From positions 1 through 49,391 of the forward strand of contig JAMPHW010000001.1 of the NCBI GenBank assembly GCA_023663235.1: a stretch of DNA of 49,391 nucleotides. Direction: 5' to 3'. The notes below the pieces were generated by a model, which saw nothing but the letters and a program-made list of their open reading frames with translations, did not search any database and was not told the DNA's origin. Made by a program: the position numbers and the translations under genes. Source of the DNA: Ruminococcus sp. (GTDB lineage Bacteria > Bacillota_I > Bacilli_A > RF39 > UBA660). Positions 40,256 to 49,391 of the stretch are shown piece after piece. Within the stretch, counting starts at the first letter, position 1, and every line of letters starts with the position of its first letter.

Positions 40256-40687
40256 TTAAGCCTTTTTATTAGATTTACTTTTATTATTTTTCTTTTTTTC
40301 TTCTTTTAGTAAATCTCTTATTTCTTCTAGTAATAGAACTTCTGCACTTTTAGCAGGTATTACTTCTTTTTCTTCCTCTTTATGTTTTAAATGCATAATC
40401 TTATTAATAAATTTAATAAGTAAAAATATACATATAGCAACTATTAAAAAATCAATTATACTTTGAATAAAAGCACCATATTCTATTCTTGTATCCCTAA
40501 ATGTTATTGCTAAATTAGAAAAATTAACTCCTCCTAAAACAAGGCCTAAAATCGGCGTTAAAATATTATTAACTAAACTAGTGACAATCGAAGAAAAAGC
40601 TCCTCCAACAATAACACCAACTGCTAAATCCATTACATTGCCTCTTGCAATAAATTTTTTAAATTCCTCTATATTTTTCTTTAACAT
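40256..40687 (-). CDS. mscL: large-conductance mechanosensitive channel
   Basis: EFKKFIARGNVMDLAVGVIVG, LLEEIRDLL. Confidence 0.96.
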   Translation of the reverse strand: MLKKNIEEFKKFIARGNVMDLAVGVIVGGAFSSIVTSLVNNILTPILGLVLGGVNFSNLAITFRDTRIEYGAFIQSIIDFLIVAICIFLLIKFINKIMHLKHKEEEKEVIPAKSAEVLLLEEIRDLLKEEKKKNNKSKSNKKA

Positions 40688-40756
40688 ATATTACACCTCT
40701 ATAAGTATTCTAACATAATTTTTTATATAATTAAAGAAAAAACTTCCTAAGAAGTT

Positions 40757-41449
40757 TTATACATAAGCATATACTAATAATCTGCCTTTAAATCCTGTAT
40801 TCATTATTTTTTCACAAGATTCATTATTACTACAAGCATTCTCATCAATCCATAAATTTAAAGAGTAGCTTTTAGATTCTCCAGGACTCAATACTCCAGA
40901 AAAATCTGTAGCTCCAGGGAATGATAAAATGAAACTATTATTTACATCAATTCTATCATCACCAGCACCTAAAACATTATCATTATCTTGACTTAAGAAA
41001 TCAAAACTACCACGACTGTCAATATCACTATATTTATGAGCAGTAAGTTGAGTTTTTCCAGTAGTACTATCGGTATTGCTAATCTTTAAAGCATAATTAA
41101 GATTAGTCATTAGTGGATCTAAATCAGTACCACTACTAGCACCTACTCTTGCTAAAACAAGTTTATAATTTACACTTTCATTTTCAGCTTTACAAGTATT
41201 AGTTATAGTAAAATTATAAGGACTTTTACTCATACCTTTATCATCACTCATTGGATAAGAATTGTTAAGTGTTATAGCACTTGTACCATTTCCATCTTCA
41301 TAAGTAATTTCAAAACATCTTGTAGCAAGCACATTATCTTTGTCTTGCACTCCACCCACTGAATAATAAGAGTAACTTGTTCCAATTGTTAAAGTTAACA
41401 AAATCATAATTGTAAGAACACCTAAAGTAATTCTATAACCTTTTCGCAT
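40757..41449 (-). CDS. secreted TasA/CalY-like protein
   Basis: IGTSYSYY signal end resembling SipW-class peptides; YNFTITNT, LSPGESKSYSLNLW. Confidence 0.45.
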   Translation of the reverse strand: MRKGYRITLGVLTIMILLTLTIGTSYSYYSVGGVQDKDNVLATRCFEITYEDGNGTSAITLNNSYPMSDDKGMSKSPYNFTITNTCKAENESVNYKLVLARVGASSGTDLDPLMTNLNYALKISNTDSTTGKTQLTAHKYSDIDSRGSFDFLSQDNDNVLGAGDDRIDVNNSFILSFPGATDFSGVLSPGESKSYSLNLWIDENACSNNESCEKIMNTGFKGRLLVYAYV

Positions 41450-41514
41450 AAATAACATCACCTATTTTACTTAACTTAATTATAAGATATTTTTCTCATT
41501 TTGAAAAGTCTTTT

Positions 41515-42933
41515 TTAAAAATTATTAATAAATATTCTTTTTTTACCATCCAAACTAAAACTTTTAGCATCAATTATTTCTACATCAATAATTTTACCTA
41601 TATCATTTAAAGCATCTGAAACATTTACAAGTTTCATCGTTTCTGTATATCCAAAAACTTTTTTAGAATCCTTTTCACTAGTCCCTAATACCAATACTTT
41701 TACTGTTTTGCCTAAATATTCTTGATTCTTTTTCAAACTATAACTATTTACTAAATTATTTAATTTTTGTAGTCTTTCTTCTTTAGTTTTCATCGTTATA
41801 TTATCTTTAATTTTTGCTGCTGGTGTACCTTCTCTTGGTGAATAAATAAATGTAAACGCACTGTCAAACTGGCATTCATCAACAACATTAATTGTTTCCT
41901 CAAAATCTTCATCACTCTCATTTGGGAATCCAACAATTATATCTGTTGTAATACTAACATTTGGTATAGCCTTTTTTATTTTCCTAAATAATTCTAAATA
42001 TTCTTCTTTTGTATATTTTCTACCCATAAGTTTTAAGATATTCGAACTACCACTTTGTAAAGGTAAATGAATATAAGGCATTATATTTGAATATTTTGCA
42101 ATTACCTCAATCATTTTATCCGTAAAATCCCAAGGATGACTGGTAACAAAACGTATTCTTGGTATATTAATTAATGCTACTTCCTCAAGTAATGTTGCAA
42201 AATCATAGTTTTCATCTAAATCTTTTCCATAAGCATTAACATTTTGACCAAGCAATGTCACTTCTTGATATCCTTTATCCTTTAAATCTCTAATTTCTTC
42301 TAATATGGCTTCCATTTTTCTACTTCTTTGTTTTCCTCGAGTATAAGGAACTATACAATAAGTACAAAATTTATCACAACCATACATAATATTAACCCAT
42401 GCTGTATACTTTGAATCTCTTATATAATCCATACCTTCATAAACATTACCTTCTATTGAATAAACTTCTATTTCTTGTTTTTTATTACTATTTAAAATCA
42501 TAGTTCCAAGTTCATTAATATTATGAGTACCAAAAACAATATCTACAAAAGGATACTTTTCTTTTAACATATTAGTAATGCTTTCTTCTTGAGTCATACA
42601 ACCACCAATACCTACAATTAAATCTGGTTTATTGCGTTTCAAATGTTTAACTCTTCCTAAAAATCCTATTACTTTATCATGAGCGTTTTCTCTTATTGCA
42701 CAAGTATTTAAAATAACAATATCTGCATCTTCTAAAGTATTTATTTCTCTAAAACCTAAATTCTCTAAAATACCTTTTATTTCTTCTGAATCATGAACAT
42801 TCATCTGACAACCATAAGTTTTTAAAAAATAATGCTTATTTTTAAATCTATCACTTTTTATATTAGATGCTTCTATATATTTAACTTCTTTTTCTGTTCT
42901 AACTCTCGCTTCTTTTAAGTCTGGTAAATGCAT
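41515..42933 (-). CDS. miaB: tRNA-i6A37 methylthiotransferase
   Basis: TYGCQMNVHDSE, NTCAIRENA, GCDKFCTYC, TRAM domain. Confidence 0.96.
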   Translation of the reverse strand: MHLPDLKEARVRTEKEVKYIEASNIKSDRFKNKHYFLKTYGCQMNVHDSEEIKGILENLGFREINTLEDADIVILNTCAIRENAHDKVIGFLGRVKHLKRNKPDLIVGIGGCMTQEESITNMLKEKYPFVDIVFGTHNINELGTMILNSNKKQEIEVYSIEGNVYEGMDYIRDSKYTAWVNIMYGCDKFCTYCIVPYTRGKQRSRKMEAILEEIRDLKDKGYQEVTLLGQNVNAYGKDLDENYDFATLLEEVALINIPRIRFVTSHPWDFTDKMIEVIAKYSNIMPYIHLPLQSGSSNILKLMGRKYTKEEYLELFRKIKKAIPNVSITTDIIVGFPNESDEDFEETINVVDECQFDSAFTFIYSPREGTPAAKIKDNITMKTKEERLQKLNNLVNSYSLKKNQEYLGKTVKVLVLGTSEKDSKKVFGYTETMKLVNVSDALNDIGKIIDVEIIDAKSFSLDGKKRIFINNF

Positions 42934-42972
42934 AAATATCACCTTTTCATCAAGAACTATTATAGCAGATAT

Positions 42973-43617
42973 TTACACTTTATGGTATGATAATTTAATA
43001 ATATAATAAAGTTTTAAAATATCTCCATCAAAATCTTTAGCTAAAGCATCTTTTAAATCATTATATATTGATGAAATATTATCTAATTCTTCCCTTTTAT
43101 ATTCATAATATAAATATTTTAATTTAGCTATATCTTTATTTTGATATAAGTTATCTATTTCTAAGTTAATTATTTTCTTAGCCTCTATCTCTTGTCTTAA
43201 CCCACTATCTATATGCTTTTCTTCTATTATTTTATATTCTAAAGGATATTCTCTTAAATTATAAGCTACTTCTAGAACATTTAAATCATCATCAAGTAAT
43301 AACTTACTTCCCATTATACTTAATCCTTCATCGTTAAATTCTAATGCTATAGCACTTTTATTATCTGTAATTAAAGCTGCATAAGGTATTTTATTTACAA
43401 TACTTTTATCGCCAGTTAAAGTCTTATCCTTAATCTGTTTTAAAAACTCTTCATTTACCATAACTTTATTAGTCATTAAATCATTTAAAACTTTTGGTTT
43501 TACTCTAAAAAGTGGAATCTTCTTTATTAATTCTAAAGGATCATTATCATTCCACTCATAAAAATCATAAAATATTTCTTCATTCCAATTTAAAATTATG
43601 TCGTAAAAGTAATTCAT
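42973..43617 (-). CDS. DUF3603/YjbA-like protein
   Basis: YDIILNW, DFYEWNDND, KKIPLF, SKLLLDD, GLRQE. Confidence 0.6.
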   Translation of the reverse strand: MNYFYDIILNWNEEIFYDFYEWNDNDPLELIKKIPLFRVKPKVLNDLMTNKVMVNEEFLKQIKDKTLTGDKSIVNKIPYAALITDNKSAIALEFNDEGLSIMGSKLLLDDDLNVLEVAYNLREYPLEYKIIEEKHIDSGLRQEIEAKKIINLEIDNLYQNKDIAKLKYLYYEYKREELDNISSIYNDLKDALAKDFDGDILKLYYIIKLSYHKV

Positions 43618-43816
43618 TTTTTATCAACCTTTCCAAAGATAAAATAACACAACCTATTCCAATAAAAATAAGCCAAAATTCTAACTTCCTACTAATAAAA
43701 TTAACAAAATCTAAAAAACTATACCCCATTGTAAATAAATTCATATAAATAATCGTAAAGAAGATGCCTAATGATGTAAAAAGAATTCCTAATAAATAAA
43801 GAAATATTTTAAACAT
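43580..43816 (-). CDS. small membrane protein
   Basis: Two TMs, IIYMNLFTMGYSF; AGGGG RBS. Confidence 0.65.
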   Translation of the reverse strand: MFKIFLYLLGILFTSLGIFFTIIYMNLFTMGYSFLDFVNFISRKLEFWLIFIGIGCVILSLERLIKNELLLRHNFKLE

Positions 43817-43882
43817 TTTAATTCCCCTTATTATTTTATTTCTTATTTTATAAAAATATTATATAATTAATTAGGTGATTAT

Positions 43883-44695
43883 ATGAAACTTCTTATTTAT
43901 ATTATTTTAGGAATTATTCAAGGATTTACAGAACCATTACCAATTAGTTCCAGTGGACATATCTTCCTTTTTAAAAACATTTTTAATACTAATATGTTTA
44001 ATGATTTAAACTTTGAAATAGTAGCCAATTTTGGTTCTTTCTTAGCTATTTTATTCATTTTTAGAAAAGATGTTATTGATTTAGTCGCAAGCTTTTTCAA
44101 ATATATCTTAAAAAAAGATGCAAGAACTAAATATAAAAATAAATTCAAATATTGTCTATGTATTATAATATCTACCATTCCTGTTGGTATCGCTGGCATT
44201 CTTTTAAAAGATGTTATTGAAAATAAATTATCTAATATTACCTTTTTAGGTTTTGCTTTTTTGTTTACTGCCCTTATCCTGTTCTTAATTAGAAATAAAA
44301 ACGGCAATAAAGAAGACAAAGATATAACATATAAAGATGCTATTATTATTGGTTTAATCGAAATGATTACTATTATGCCTGGTATTAGTAGAAGTGGAAC
44401 CGTTTTAGTCGCATGTCTCCTTTGTGGTTTAAAAAGAAGTACTGCTTTAAAGTATACTTTTATTCTTTATTTTCCAATAAGTGTTGCAACAATGCTTTTA
44501 GGAGTTACAGACTTAATAAGTATGGGTAATTTAAATGATATTATCATCCCTTATACCTTAGGTTTAATTGCTTCTTGCATCGTTACTTATTTAACTTATA
44601 AATGGCTTAGTGAGCTTGTAAAGAAAGGCAAATTATGGAAATTCTCGATTTACTGTTTAATACTAGCTATATTCATCTTTATCTATTTTAGATAA
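43883..44695 (+). CDS. uppP: undecaprenyl-diphosphatase
   Basis: QGFTEPLPISSSGH, PGISRSG. Confidence 0.95.
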   Translation: MKLLIYIILGIIQGFTEPLPISSSGHIFLFKNIFNTNMFNDLNFEIVANFGSFLAILFIFRKDVIDLVASFFKYILKKDARTKYKNKFKYCLCIIISTIPVGIAGILLKDVIENKLSNITFLGFAFLFTALILFLIRNKNGNKEDKDITYKDAIIIGLIEMITIMPGISRSGTVLVACLLCGLKRSTALKYTFILYFPISVATMLLGVTDLISMGNLNDIIIPYTLGLIASCIVTYLTYKWLSELVKKGKLWKFSIYCLILAIFIFIYFR

Positions 44696-45588
44696 AGATT
44701 TTATTTTGCTTAATAAAGCCTTTATTATATCAGAATCACTTAATTTATTTATTGCAAAAGTTCTATTACCAACTTTATTTAAAGAAGTTCCTAAATGATA
44801 AACATCTTTATTATCTAGAATAATAAATCTATCATGAAAAGTATCGTTATATATGATCTCTAAATTGTTATATTGTTCTTGATATTTAACAATATCTAAT
44901 TTCTTTAATAAAGTATTATTTTTTACAATGAGTAATATACTAACCTTTATATTTGTAATCATATCAAGCACACTTTTATCAGCATATGCATCAATTATAA
45001 TTAATTCTTTTTTACTCTTTTTCATAATATCCAAAATCTTAGAATAAGCATCATAAAACGAACCATCAAAATAAAGCATTTCTGTTTTTTCTTTATTTTT
45101 GAATTTTGAAATAAATCTTCAACCTTTTCATCTAAAACTAATAGATGTTTTTTATGATTAGCTATTTCATTATTAATATTCACTAAACTACTTAACATCT
45201 GATTATTATCTAACATAGTATGACGCATTAAAACAAAAGCGTCCATTATCGCAATACTAACTTCAATAGCCACATCAGATTTCAAAATCGTAGCTAACAT
45301 TGCAACACCCTGTTTGGTAAAAACTCTAGGATTATATCTATTTTTAGCATAATTATAGTGATTATTTGCGGTCGCAAATTGCGACCGCAAACACATAAAT
45401 TCATCATCAGTTAAAATCCAAGCAAATCTCTCAGGAAATTTATTTTTATTTCTCTTAACAGACTCATTTATTCTCCTTGTAGTAACACTATACAATCTTG
45501 CCAAATCACTATCAAGCATTACTTCTTTCTCTCTTATTATATAAATTAATTTTTTTATTTCTATATTATTTTCTACTACATTACTCAT
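44663..45588 (-). pseudogene. ORF6N DNA-binding domain protein with PLD-like C-terminal domain, frameshifted
   Basis: VMLDSDLARLY, VKRN..KFP, FTKQGVAMLATILKS; second frame IIDAY...FHDRFIILD...HLGTSLN; one added base near 45110 restores LFSKFKNKEKTEMLYFDG. Confidence 0.75.
45365..45391. repeat. perfect 13-bp inverted repeat inside the ORF6N coding region
   Basis: TTTGCGGTCGCAA-A-TTGCGACCGCAAA. Confidence 0.95.
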
Positions 45589-45613
45589 TTATATCACCCC
45601 GAACCATAATATA

Positions 45614-45642
45614 ATTATATATTAAGAATATACGTATGTCAA
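45614..45642 (-). promoter_or_regulatory. consensus sigA promoter of the ORF6N gene
   Basis: TTGACA-N17-TATAAT. Confidence 0.8.
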
Positions 45643-45684
45643 TCAAATATTCGTATATACAATTAAATTAATTATTACAACCAC

Positions 45685-45715
45685 AAAAAATACTCATTTC
45701 TTTTAAGAAATGAGC
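45685..45715 (-). terminator. terminator after the HD-domain gene
   Basis: CTCATTTC/GAAATGAG stem followed by a T-run on the minus strand. Confidence 0.65.
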
Positions 45716-45720
45716 ACTAA

Positions 45721-46266
45721 TTAATTTTTAAACATTATAACATTAAATATTAGAAGTAAAGTAACATTAGCAACATAACTAAATTGAAATCTTTCACATT
45801 CCATAACAGAAACCACTAAATCTGATGCACATATAATCCAACCTTCTTTAGACTTAGGCTTAAATTCTTTTAGACTAACTTTCTCTTTCCTATTAATAAA
45901 AGGTAATACTTTCTGTAATAATACATGATGAAACATATGTGTCTTTATATCCTCGGCCTCTTTATCACTTACATTAAAATACTTTTTAGCATTATTAGAT
46001 GCTGTGACTGGATGTCTTAAATATGAATTTTCTGGTTTCTCTTTTCTTGTTCCAAAAAAGAAATCATGTAAAAGTCCCGCTCTAGTAGTCTCTCTTAAAT
46101 CCGCTTTAAATAGTTTTCCTAATTTATAACTTAACTTAGCAACTCTAATGGAATGCTCATATTTGCTTGTTCCATGATGCAAATCTCTTTTTGTTTCCAA
46201 AAAATATTCATTTTCTAATATATCTTTAACTAACTCATCAAACTCGCTATTTACTCTTTTAGTCAT
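45721..46266 (-). CDS. HD-domain phosphohydrolase
   Basis: HHGTSKYEHS, AGLLHDFF, HP, IKTHMF, SD. Confidence 0.8.
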   Translation of the reverse strand: MTKRVNSEFDELVKDILENEYFLETKRDLHHGTSKYEHSIRVAKLSYKLGKLFKADLRETTRAGLLHDFFFGTRKEKPENSYLRHPVTASNNAKKYFNVSDKEAEDIKTHMFHHVLLQKVLPFINRKEKVSLKEFKPKSKEGWIICASDLVVSVMECERFQFSYVANVTLLLIFNVIMFKN

Positions 46267-46346
46267 TAATTTAACACTCTTCCTTTGTTTTCCGACTATT
46301 AACATTATAATAAAATATACGTAATTTGTAAAGGATAAATGCTTAT

Positions 46347-48452
46347 TTAAATAAGTTCTAATTTATTATCTCTAACATCGATAACTATTTTACTATTAGG
46401 CTTTATCTCATCTTTTATTATTTTATCAGCAATTATTGTTTCAATATTATGTGTTACAAATCTTTTAATTGGTCTAGCTCCATAAGCTTCATCATAAGCA
46501 TTATCGATTATAAATTCCTTAGCCTTACGACTTAACTCAATAGTTACTTTTAAATCTTGAAGTCGCATTTCTGTTTCTTTAATTATTTTATCTAATATTT
46601 CATATATAACATCCTTATTTAATGCTTTAAATATAATAATTTCATCTATTCTATTAATAAATTCTGGCCTAAAAGTTCTCTTTAAAGCTTCCATTACTTT
46701 TGTATCGCTATCATTTTCATTTTCTAACACATAATCACTACCTAAATTAGAAGTCATAATAATAATTGTATTTTTAAAATCAATTAATTTACCTGTTGAA
46801 TCAGTAATTCTTCCATCATCAAGTATTTGAAGTAATATATTAAAAACATCAGGATGCGCTTTTTCTATTTCATCAAATAAAACAATACTATAAGGATTGC
46901 GTCTAACAGCCTCTGTTAGTTCTCCACCTTCATCATAGCCAACATATCCAGGAGGAGCTCCAAGAAGTCTTGAAACATTAAAAGCTTCCATATATTCTGA
47001 ACAATCAATTCTAATTATATGACGTTCTGAATCAAATAGTTCATAAGCTAAAGCTTTAGCAAGTTCGGTTTTACCAACACCCGTAGGTCCCATAAATATG
47101 AATGATCCAATTGGCCTATTTGGATCTTTAATTCCACTTCTAGCTCTAATTATCGCTTCACTAACCGCCTTAACAGCTTGTTCTTGCCCAATAACTTTTT
47201 TACTTAAGTTAACAGCTAAATTTAAAAGTTTTTCTTTTTCACCACTTACCAATTTTTGAATAGGAATATTAGTCCATTTAGCAATTATTCTAGCTATATC
47301 TTCATCAGTTACTGTATCACTTAACATTTGTGAATTAATTTTTTCTCTTAAAACATCAAGTTCATTTTCAAGTTTAGGGATTTCACCATGACGAAGACGA
47401 GCAGCAGTTTCTAAATCATAATTATTTTCAGCTGTTTCTAAATTAAAACGTGCACTATCTAGTTCTTCTTTCTTTTTATTTATATCATCATTTAAATTTT
47501 TTTCTTCTTCCCATTTATAACGCATCATTTTTTCTTCATCTTTTAAAGTACTAATTTTTTTATCAAGTTCTTCTCTTCTAGCTTTAGAAAGTTCATCCTT
47601 TTCTTTTTTTATTGCTTCCCTTTCAATTTCTAAGCTCATTATTTTACGCGTTAAAGTATCAAGTTCTGTTGGAACCGAAGCCATCTGCATTTTTATTGTT
47701 GCACAAGCTTCATCTACTAAATCAATTGCTTTATCAGGCAGAAATCTATCTGTTATATATCTATCTGATAATGTAGCAGCAGCTACTATTGCACTGTCTT
47801 TTATATTAACACTATGAAATAATTCAAATTTTTCTTTTAACCCCCTAAGTATTGTTATTGTATCCATTACATTAGGTTCACTTACTTGTATTTTTTGTAA
47901 ACGGCGTTCTAATGCTCCATCTTTTTCAATATATTTACGATACTCATTTAAAGTTGTGGCCCCAATTAAACGAATTTCACCTCGAGCAAGCATCGGTTTA
48001 AGCATATTACCAGCATCCATAGCCCCTTCTGCTCCAGCACCAACTATCATATGTATTTCATCTATAAAAAGAATAATATCTCCATTAGAATCACTTATTT
48101 CTTTTAATACTTTTTTTAGTCTTTCTTCAAACTCTCCACGAAATTTAGCACCAGCAATTAAGGCTCCTAAATCTAGAGACCATACTCTTTTATTTTTTAA
48201 AGTACTTGGAACATCACCTTTAACAATTCTTATAGCTAATCCTTCAACAATCGCAGTTTTACCAACACCAGGTTCACCAATTAATACCGGATTATTCTTT
48301 GTTTTACGTGATAAAACTCTTATGATAGAACGAATTTCTTCATCACGTCCAATAACAGGATCGACTTTATTAGCTTTTACTAACTCTGTAATATCTCTTC
48401 CATACTTTTCTAATACATTATCATTTTCTTGCATTTCATTAGGATACATCAT
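46347..48452 (-). CDS. clpB: ClpB disaggregase lacking the N-terminal domain
   Basis: [26 protein letters not shown]-domain ([10 protein letters not shown]), [17 protein letters not shown]; start moved downstream of the promoter. Confidence 0.92.
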   Translation of the reverse strand: MMYPNEMQENDNVLEKYGRDITELVKANKVDPVIGRDEEIRSIIRVLSRKTKNNPVLIGEPGVGKTAIVEGLAIRIVKGDVPSTLKNKRVWSLDLGALIAGAKFRGEFEERLKKVLKEISDSNGDIILFIDEIHMIVGAGAEGAMDAGNMLKPMLARGEIRLIGATTLNEYRKYIEKDGALERRLQKIQVSEPNVMDTITILRGLKEKFELFHSVNIKDSAIVAAATLSDRYITDRFLPDKAIDLVDEACATIKMQMASVPTELDTLTRKIMSLEIEREAIKKEKDELSKARREELDKKISTLKDEEKMMRYKWEEEKNLNDDINKKKEELDSARFNLETAENNYDLETAARLRHGEIPKLENELDVLREKINSQMLSDTVTDEDIARIIAKWTNIPIQKLVSGEKEKLLNLAVNLSKKVIGQEQAVKAVSEAIIRARSGIKDPNRPIGSFIFMGPTGVGKTELAKALAYELFDSERHIIRIDCSEYMEAFNVSRLLGAPPGYVGYDEGGELTEAVRRNPYSIVLFDEIEKAHPDVFNILLQILDDGRITDSTGKLIDFKNTIIIMTSNLGSDYVLENENDSDTKVMEALKRTFRPEFINRIDEIIIFKALNKDVIYEILDKIIKETEMRLQDLKVTIELSRKAKEFIIDNAYDEAYGARPIKRFVTHNIETIIADKIIKDEIKPNSKIVIDVRDNKLELI

Positions 48453-48473
48453 AATCACCCTTTCACATAAATG

Positions 48474-48502
48474 ATTATAATGCAAAAATTAGCACTTGTC
48501 AA
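48474..48502 (-). promoter_or_regulatory. sigA promoter of clpB
   Basis: TTGACA (48502-48497)-N17-TATAAT (48479-48474). Confidence 0.85.
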
Positions 48503-48515
48503 GAATAAGTGCTAA
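48489..48515. promoter_or_regulatory. CIRCE element (HrcA operator)
   Basis: TTAGCACTT-N9-AAGTGCTAA, a perfect inverted repeat with one change per arm from TTAGCACTC-N9-GAGTGCTAA, overlapping the -35. Confidence 0.9.
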
Positions 48516-49391
48516 TAAATAAGTTGGTATTCAATACTGGTTCAAGTGGGAACTATTTAGATACAGGTCAAAGCTACTGGTCAATAACTCCGTTTAGTTA
48601 TGGCGCTAGCATGTTCTTTGTTTATTTGTCTGGCTGTCTTGGTGGTAATCTCGTAACTAATACTAACGGTGTTCGTCCGGTAATAAATTTAAAGGCAGAT
48701 ATAGGATTAACCGGAAATGGGACAACAAGTGATCCATATGAAGTATTACCAGATATATTGACAAATAAGAGTGTTTTAACAAGAAATTCAGAAAATAAAG
48801 ATTTTAATGTACCGTTAGTAGACGATACAACAGGAAAGATATATAAAACTAAAGATGATGATGGAACAACATATTATTATGCTGGGAATCCAAGTGATAA
48901 CTGGGTAGAGTTTGGCGGATATTACTGGAGAATCATCAGAGTAAATGGTGATGGAAGCTATAGAATGATATATCAAGGAACAGAACCAAATGCAACAGGA
49001 GAAGGAACTCAAATAACTTTAAATGGCAAAAATATATTTGCTTTTAATACGTCATATGATGATAATGCATATGTAGGGTATTTTTATCAAAACGGAATAT
49101 TAAGAGGGTTGCAAATTTCATCAAATGCATATACTCAACTTAATAATTGGTTTGCAAGTTCAAATATAAAACAAGGTTCAGCATACTTTGATAAAATAGA
49201 TCCAAATGCAGGCTTTTGTGGCGATAGAACTCCAAGTTCTACAGCTAGTCCAAAAACTACATTGCTATACAATGTTGGAGATGGAAATGGTGGAGTAGGA
49301 ACAACAACAACATACTATGGTGCTTATGTAAGATTAAGGCCGAATGCCATTAATCCAACAGCAAACACAGAATCAGTAACTCCAACATTAA
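48509..49391 (+). pseudogene. 5'-truncated multi-unit paralogue of the 30350-31732 surface protein; frame open to the window end
   Basis: Manual translation: LVFNTGSSGNYLDTGQSYWSITP...GVRPVINLKAD...GNGTTSDPYEV...YYYAGNPSDNWVEFGGYYWRIIRVNGDGS...NAGFCGDRTPS; no RBS or signal peptide. Confidence 0.75.

Noticed and set aside
45625-45657. Possible LexA boxes around the ORF6N promoter (GAATatacGTAT; GAATatttGATT)
   Set aside because: Several mismatches from GAAC-N4-GTTC in AT-rich DNA; not distinguishable from chance.
1868-48474. Short alternative ORFs inside longer genes (e.g. 1868, 4765, 5115, 5401, 7044, 9127, 11431, 21642, 25790, 27736, 30511, 32466, 35664, 43918, 47956)
   Set aside because: Antisense or off-frame shadows of well-supported genes with no recognisable motifs.
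48453-48485. N-terminal extension [11 protein letters not shown] of ClpB
   Set aside because: Overlaps the -10 box and RBS, so it cannot be on the transcript from this promoter.
48540-48700. Possible DGR template repeat for the 30350-30580 region
   Set aside because: Many differences fall at non-adenine positions, there is a one-codon indel, and no AAC run is present; it is a paralogous coding segment.
48815-49012. 65-aa minus-strand ORF
   Set aside because: Antisense shadow of the conserved plus-strand frame.

Overview
Very AT-rich, genetic-code-11 chromosomal segment (TGA is used as a stop) from a low-GC Firmicute. Gene content suggests a genome-reduced Bacilli lineage (RF39-like; inferred) that keeps peptidoglycan and some sporulation genes. 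Most genes lie on the minus strand. The backbone is housekeeping (trmB, murJ, pncC, murC, dusB, pduL, arginase, folA, clpC, pyk, ylxM-ftsY, ftsK, nth-dnaD-cca-miaA, mscL, miaB, uppP, clpB with a CIRCE box). Four things stand out. (1) A tightly coupled operon of a Cys/Met PLP enzyme, DAP epimerase and a DNPR-type MurE, followed by a second EDPA-type MurE with its own sigA promoter. This may be a thioether (lanthionine/cystathionine) diamino-acid route into peptidoglycan, possibly for spore cortex. (2) An orphan array of three VirB2/TrbC-like pilins with large variable Cys-rich N-terminal domains, plus an extended VirB6-like protein. (3) A surface protein whose 3' end carries the NNC-codon signature of a DGR variable region, with a 5'-truncated inverted paralogue at the window end that the ORF track missed. 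(4) An accessory island of repeat/zincin-like and membrane-anchored proteins, a divergent small alarmone synthetase, and an ORF6N gene containing a GC-rich in-frame palindrome. No rRNA, tRNA, CRISPR array, transposase, integrase or reverse transcriptase was recognised. All calls come from motif recognition; no database searches were run.
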